A stretch of DNA of 43,915 nt, taken from Chrysochromulina tobinii. Taxonomy: Eukaryota. The position numbers and the translations under genes are program-made. This document shows, in pieces, positions 40,358-43,915 of the stretch. The notes beneath the pieces were generated by a model. It was not told the DNA's origin. It did no database searches and saw only the letters and a program-made list of their open reading frames with translations. Every line of letters begins with the position of its first letter. The first letter of the stretch is position 1. Location: contig JWZX01002646.1 of the NCBI GenBank assembly GCA_001275005.1, positions 1-43,915 on the forward strand, given 5' to 3'.

Positions 40358-40445
40358 GGCAGCCCGCGTCCGTTCTCTCGTCCACGCCCCAGCCCGGTGA
40401 TGCACCGAGGCTCTCGGGGAGGGGAGTCATGTAACGCGGGCTGCC
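40358..40445 (-). promoter_or_regulatory. SECIS element (type II-like) in the SelT 3' UTR
   Basis: On the minus strand: a perfect 12-bp helix I (GGCAGCCCGCGU/ACGCGGGCUGCC), AUGA and GA core (AUGAC...CGAG), an ~11-bp helix II with two mismatches, and an apical mini-stem CGGUG/CACCG. It starts ~83 nt after the stop codon. Confidence 0.85.
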
Positions 40446-40528
40446 GCGGGCGGCGAGCCGGGCGAGTCGGCGCAGGCAGGGTCGGCATCAGCAGCAGGGA
40501 CGGCGACCACCTACCGACCACAATCGCT

Positions 40529-41218
40529 CTAGTCGTGGTTGGCAGGGTTCTCCTGAGAAATGATCCTCCGAAGCTTGGTGACGAGCTCGTCCGACTCTGG
40601 GAATTTGCCGGACGCGAGCTTCGAGTGGAGTACCTGACCGTTGTACGTGATCTCGAAGCCGTTGATCGCCTTCATCGTCTGGGCGAACACGTCGAGCCCA
40701 TACACGCCGCCTGCGACCACAAACTTGTTCTCGTGCATCTGTCCGAGCCAGGGAGGCGATGGCCGGCGCATCATGCCGAAGGCCTGGTCGCCGAAGAAGT
40801 ACAGCGCGGCCACGCCGAGCTGCGCGATGCGCACCGCGCGGATGGCATACTGCACCGACGCTGAGGGCGTGTACGGCCCACCCTCGACCTTGAGGCCAGG
40901 GAAGGCTTGCTGCAAGGCGCCCGCAGTCTTTCGGAACTGGCCGTTTGTGCCTCAGGAGGAGCAGAACTCGATGCGCACAGTGCTATCCATTCGCTCGATG
41001 GCGGGCGTGTCGTACGCCGTCACGATGTTGAAGCCACTCAGATCCACCTTCTCGCTCGCCGGCTTCTCATACCACTTCTTCAGCAGAGCCGGGCCGCACA
41101 GGGCAGCGACGAGCACCAATCCCGTCTTCTGGCTGCTCGTCAGGCCGTTCCCAGAAGCAGACGACTGTGGGCGCTTTGCGGCCACTCGATCGCGGTTGAT
41201 CGGCTGCCCGACGGCCAT
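40529..41218 (-). CDS. SELENOT: Selenoprotein T (Rdx family), 229 aa with Sec at residue 89 (UGA at 40954-40952)
   Basis: ORFs 41218-40952 and 40915-40529 are in the same frame. Read through, they give VRIEFCSS-U-G..F.....LQQAFPGLKVEGGPY...GFEITYNGQVLHSKLASGKFP, the SelT CxxU signature. A SECIS lies downstream. Confidence 0.92.
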
Positions 41219-41347
41219 CGAGATGGTGCGCGGCCGACCGCGCGTCGAGGAACAGGAAGACGGAAAGACTTCTCTGGACGGTCCAGTGTGAAGAGTTATA
41301 AATATTGGCTGTGTAGAGTCTCGTGAGAACCTACTAATGTCTCCTCG

Positions 41348-43195
41348 CTAGGTATCGCTGGCCCCGGTGCTTTTGCTGCTGCTCCCGCGCCGCGCTTGCG
41401 CATCGAAGAGGCCGTCGTGCAGCATGCCGGGCTCCTCGAGCAGTGAGGGCTCGGACCGGCTGGCGCGCTGCTCTAGCTCTTGCTCCTCCGAGTGCTCATC
41501 TTTGATGAAATAGAGCGTCTCCTGGTTCGCCCCTTCGAGACGGTTGAGCGTCACGTACGCGTCCGTGCCATAGCCTTCGATCGGCGCCACGTGCAGTGTG
41601 CCTCCAAAGTATCGCGCGTACAGGCGCGAGAGAGGCAGCCCGAGGCCGCCGTGGCCCGCCCGCAGCCGGCGCGAGCCCGCGTACGACCAGACCGCCCCGA
41701 GCTTGGAGCGGCCGAAGCCACCGCCTACGTCTTCAACCTTGATGGTGATTGAATGGTCACTCGCCGCCACGACGATGCGGATCGGTGGGAGTGGCACGGC
41801 GGGCAGCTCTGAAGGCGACAGCGCCGGCCGTGCCGCGCCCGAGGCTGTCGCAGCGCGTCCGCAAGGCTCGAGGGCCGTCTCGAGGCTATGGGTGGCGTCA
41901 GCGGCGGCGGCGGCGGCATCAGCGGCGGCGGCGGCATCGGCGGCGATGGCGCCAGCAGGGGCAGCGACACCAGCGGCGTTGACGTGGTGTTGGGCGGCAT
42001 GGACAGCGTCAGAGCAGGCAGCGTCGGCGTTCGCAGCGTCGGCGTTCGCAGCGTCGGCGGCGGCGGCCAGCTGCGGCGCATGCTTTCGGATCGAGGCCTC
42101 CGCTGCGTTCTCGAGAAGCTCTGTCACGACGAACAAGATGTGCGCCGGCACGAATGTAAAGGTGAGCTTCTCATCGCCGACGACGCTCACCTCGGGCGAG
42201 ACCCCGAAGCGCGCCTTGGCCCAGCGGCGCACATCCGCAGCAGCGGTGCGGCACACGGTCACAGGTGAGCACTTCGAGTGGAGGATGCCTGACCACCCTT
42301 CCCGCGCCACCTTGGACGAGAGGTAATGATGGGCGAGGAAGCGCAACCCGAGGCGAGACGAGAAGAAGGCGTCGAGCCGACTGTCGATCTCGCGCTGTTC
42401 TTCGGTCGTCGGCGGCGACCGCGCGCCATTCGACAGATCATGAAGTGCGGCGCCGATGGCCGCAGGCACTTGCGTGTGCGTCAGGAAGGTCGTGCGCAGT
42501 CGATGCTCGAAGACCCACTCCGTCTCCGCGTCGCGCGGGGTCGAGGTGTTCAGGAGCTGCGCGAGGAGACGTCGGTACAGCTCCCCGATCTCCAGCACGC
42601 GCGGGTGGGTGGCCAGGCCCGAGGGTAGCGAGGTGAGCATGCGAAGCAGCCCGGCACGACGCACGATGAGCTCGCGGTGGAGGAACTGCGCATTGAGCAA
42701 CGACTGCGCCGGCGTCGGCTCGTGCGCCGTCTGCCACAGGCTAGAGATGGACACAGCCGTTGCAGGTGCGGCCATCAACTCGCGCAGCCGTCGGCCCTGC
42801 TTCGTCGCCTCCGAGGGAAGGTCGAGGTTGAGGAGCCGCACAGCTTGCATTCGACACACCTTGGGCCACAGCCTCTGGAACTCGTCAAAGCTCAGCGCGC
42901 CGTCGGCGTCGGCGTCGTGCTCGTGCAACATCTGCTTGCAAAATGCGCTCTTGCGCCTCTGCGTCTTGAGCATGTCGAGGTCGTCGAGCAGCGAGGTGAG
43001 CTCCCCAAGGTCAAGGGAGCCCGAGTTGTTGGTATCGTAAAGCCGGAAGATGGCCTTCATCTCCGAGATCGACGGACCGCTGTGCTCGCCATGCTGCGGC
43101 TGGCGCAAGACGACGCGCGTCGAACGCAATAGCGGCCGAACGCAATAGCGGCCGGCTGCAGCGGCGAGTGCGTGTAGGCCGCGTCCTCGCCGCAT
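41348..43195 (-). CDS. EF-hand pair fused to a pyruvate dehydrogenase kinase/BCKDK-family kinase
   Basis: EF loops DTNNSGSLDLGE and DADADGALSFDE. PDK motifs: AQFLHREL, FFSSRLGLRFL, ELLENA, IKVEDVGGG, GLGLPLSRLYARYFGG and EGYGTDAY. The Arg-rich N-terminus resembles a mitochondrial presequence. Confidence 0.88.
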   Translation of the reverse strand: MRRGRGLHALAAAAGRYCVRPLLRSTRVVLRQPQHGEHSGPSISEMKAIFRLYDTNNSGSLDLGELTSLLDDLDMLKTQRRKSAFCKQMLHEHDADADGALSFDEFQRLWPKVCRMQAVRLLNLDLPSEATKQGRRLRELMAAPATAVSISSLWQTAHEPTPAQSLLNAQFLHRELIVRRAGLLRMLTSLPSGLATHPRVLEIGELYRRLLAQLLNTSTPRDAETEWVFEHRLRTTFLTHTQVPAAIGAALHDLSNGARSPPTTEEQREIDSRLDAFFSSRLGLRFLAHHYLSSKVAREGWSGILHSKCSPVTVCRTAAADVRRWAKARFGVSPEVSVVGDEKLTFTFVPAHILFVVTELLENAAEASIRKHAPQLAAAADAANADAANADAACSDAVHAAQHHVNAAGVAAPAGAIAADAAAAADAAAAAADATHSLETALEPCGRAATASGAARPALSPSELPAVPLPPIRIVVAASDHSITIKVEDVGGGFGRSKLGAVWSYAGSRRLRAGHGGLGLPLSRLYARYFGGTLHVAPIEGYGTDAYVTLNRLEGANQETLYFIKDEHSEEQELEQRASRSEPSLLEEPGMLHDGLFDAQARRGSSSKSTGASDT

Positions 43196-43251
43196 CGATT
43201 GAGCTGACCTTTAGTCGATGAGAGTTGTCCTCAAGATCACGGCCGTCAACA

Positions 43252-43915
43252 ATGCGTCCCCTTCAGATGTCGGCAGTCGCGCTCGTGCTACTGACCGCAC
43301 TCCACGTTCTTTCACCACAAGGCACATTGGTACCTTTCCCGGCAGCATCATCAGCGTTTTCATCCGTAGGGACGCCACCAAGTGCGACTCCTCCCCCAAC
43401 CCCAGCACCACCACCATCGCCATCGCAGTCCGCCACCGGACCACCGGATCAGGTGGCCTCAACGGCCCCAACTGTTCGAGATCAGCGGCAAGTACCACTT
43501 CAGATCAGCTCCGTCTCCGTTGCCGCCTGTATGAGCAAGCGCTTGAGGGTCTTGCTGTCTCCTCTGTGCGGTGCCGCCGCGAGCAGCACAGCTGCTGACG
43601 ACGCCGCCGACTCACGGAGTATGCAGGCGGCGCTGCACGCTCATCAGCATCCGGCAGACTGCTCGCGCCGTCGCATCGTGCGCTTCAAGGACTGGCGTAA
43701 CGGCCTGGGCTCGCAGCTTTCCTCGCTGGTGGGCGCATGGGCCGCGCAGCTGGAGAAGCCACCCTCGCTGCTCACGCCAGACGCCGTGGCCGCCGCGGGC
43801 AACGTCGAGCCTCTGCCCGCGCTGCTCGTTGCGGCGGGCGGCCTTCGATATGCCAACAAGGCGCTGTGCCCACGACGCGATCTGAGCTGCTATTTCGAGC
43901 CGTTCACTGCATGCG
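43252..43915 (+). CDS. Alpha-1,6-fucosyltransferase (FUT8/GT23)-like protein, 3'-truncated by the window end
   Basis: Open frame from ATG 43252 to the end, not in the ORF track. Signal anchor MRPLQMSAVALVLLTALHVL, a Pro/Ser stem, then LHAHQHPADCS...GLGSQL...CYFEPFTAC, matching the FUT8 QNPxDC/GxGxQLH/FxPxSxC pattern. Confidence 0.7.
   Translation, partial: MRPLQMSAVALVLLTALHVLSPQGTLVPFPAASSAFSSVGTPPSATPPPTPAPPPSPSQSATGPPDQVASTAPTVRDQRQVPLQISSVSVAACMSKRLRVLLSPLCGAAASSTAADDAADSRSMQAALHAHQHPADCSRRRIVRFKDWRNGLGSQLSSLVGAWAAQLEKPPSLLTPDAVAAAGNVEPLPALLVAAGGLRYANKALCPRRDLSCYFEPFTAC

Overview
This is GC-rich, gene-dense eukaryotic genomic DNA. It is most likely from a haptophyte alga such as a Chrysochromulina relative; that is inferred from TTAGGG repeats, short GT/GC-AG introns, the 49-aa FG-GAP repeat type, the degenerate ZZ finger and selenocysteine use. 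The window opens with 12 CCCTAA repeats. About 16 protein-coding genes follow, in order: a MIB/HERC2-SH3-zinc finger-TIR mosaic protein; a DnaJ-MDR(MECR-like)-SAM fusion; TEX261/Svp26; a long PP2C; a hypothetical membrane protein; two small genes sharing a duplicated promoter and N-terminus in a lower-GC island (an FSF-repeat/ZZ protein and a His-Me/HNH-like 103-aa protein); a ~2180-aa LEM-like/coiled-coil protein; a 3-exon IQ-PKD2/TRPP channel; a MAP2K; a DEAD-box helicase; a 14x FG-GAP-repeat non-RD receptor kinase; a spliced Gly/Met-rich protein; a Cys-rich single-pass protein; selenoprotein T (split in the ORF track by a Sec UGA, with a 3' SECIS); an EF-hand-PDK fusion; and a truncated FUT8-like fucosyltransferase missing from the ORF track. 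The best candidates for new biology are the immune-like TIR protein, the receptor kinase with hypervariable propeller loops, the rearranged 14.5-16.85 kb island, and the SelT SECIS with an atypical apex. All domain calls come from reading motifs by eye; no searches were run.
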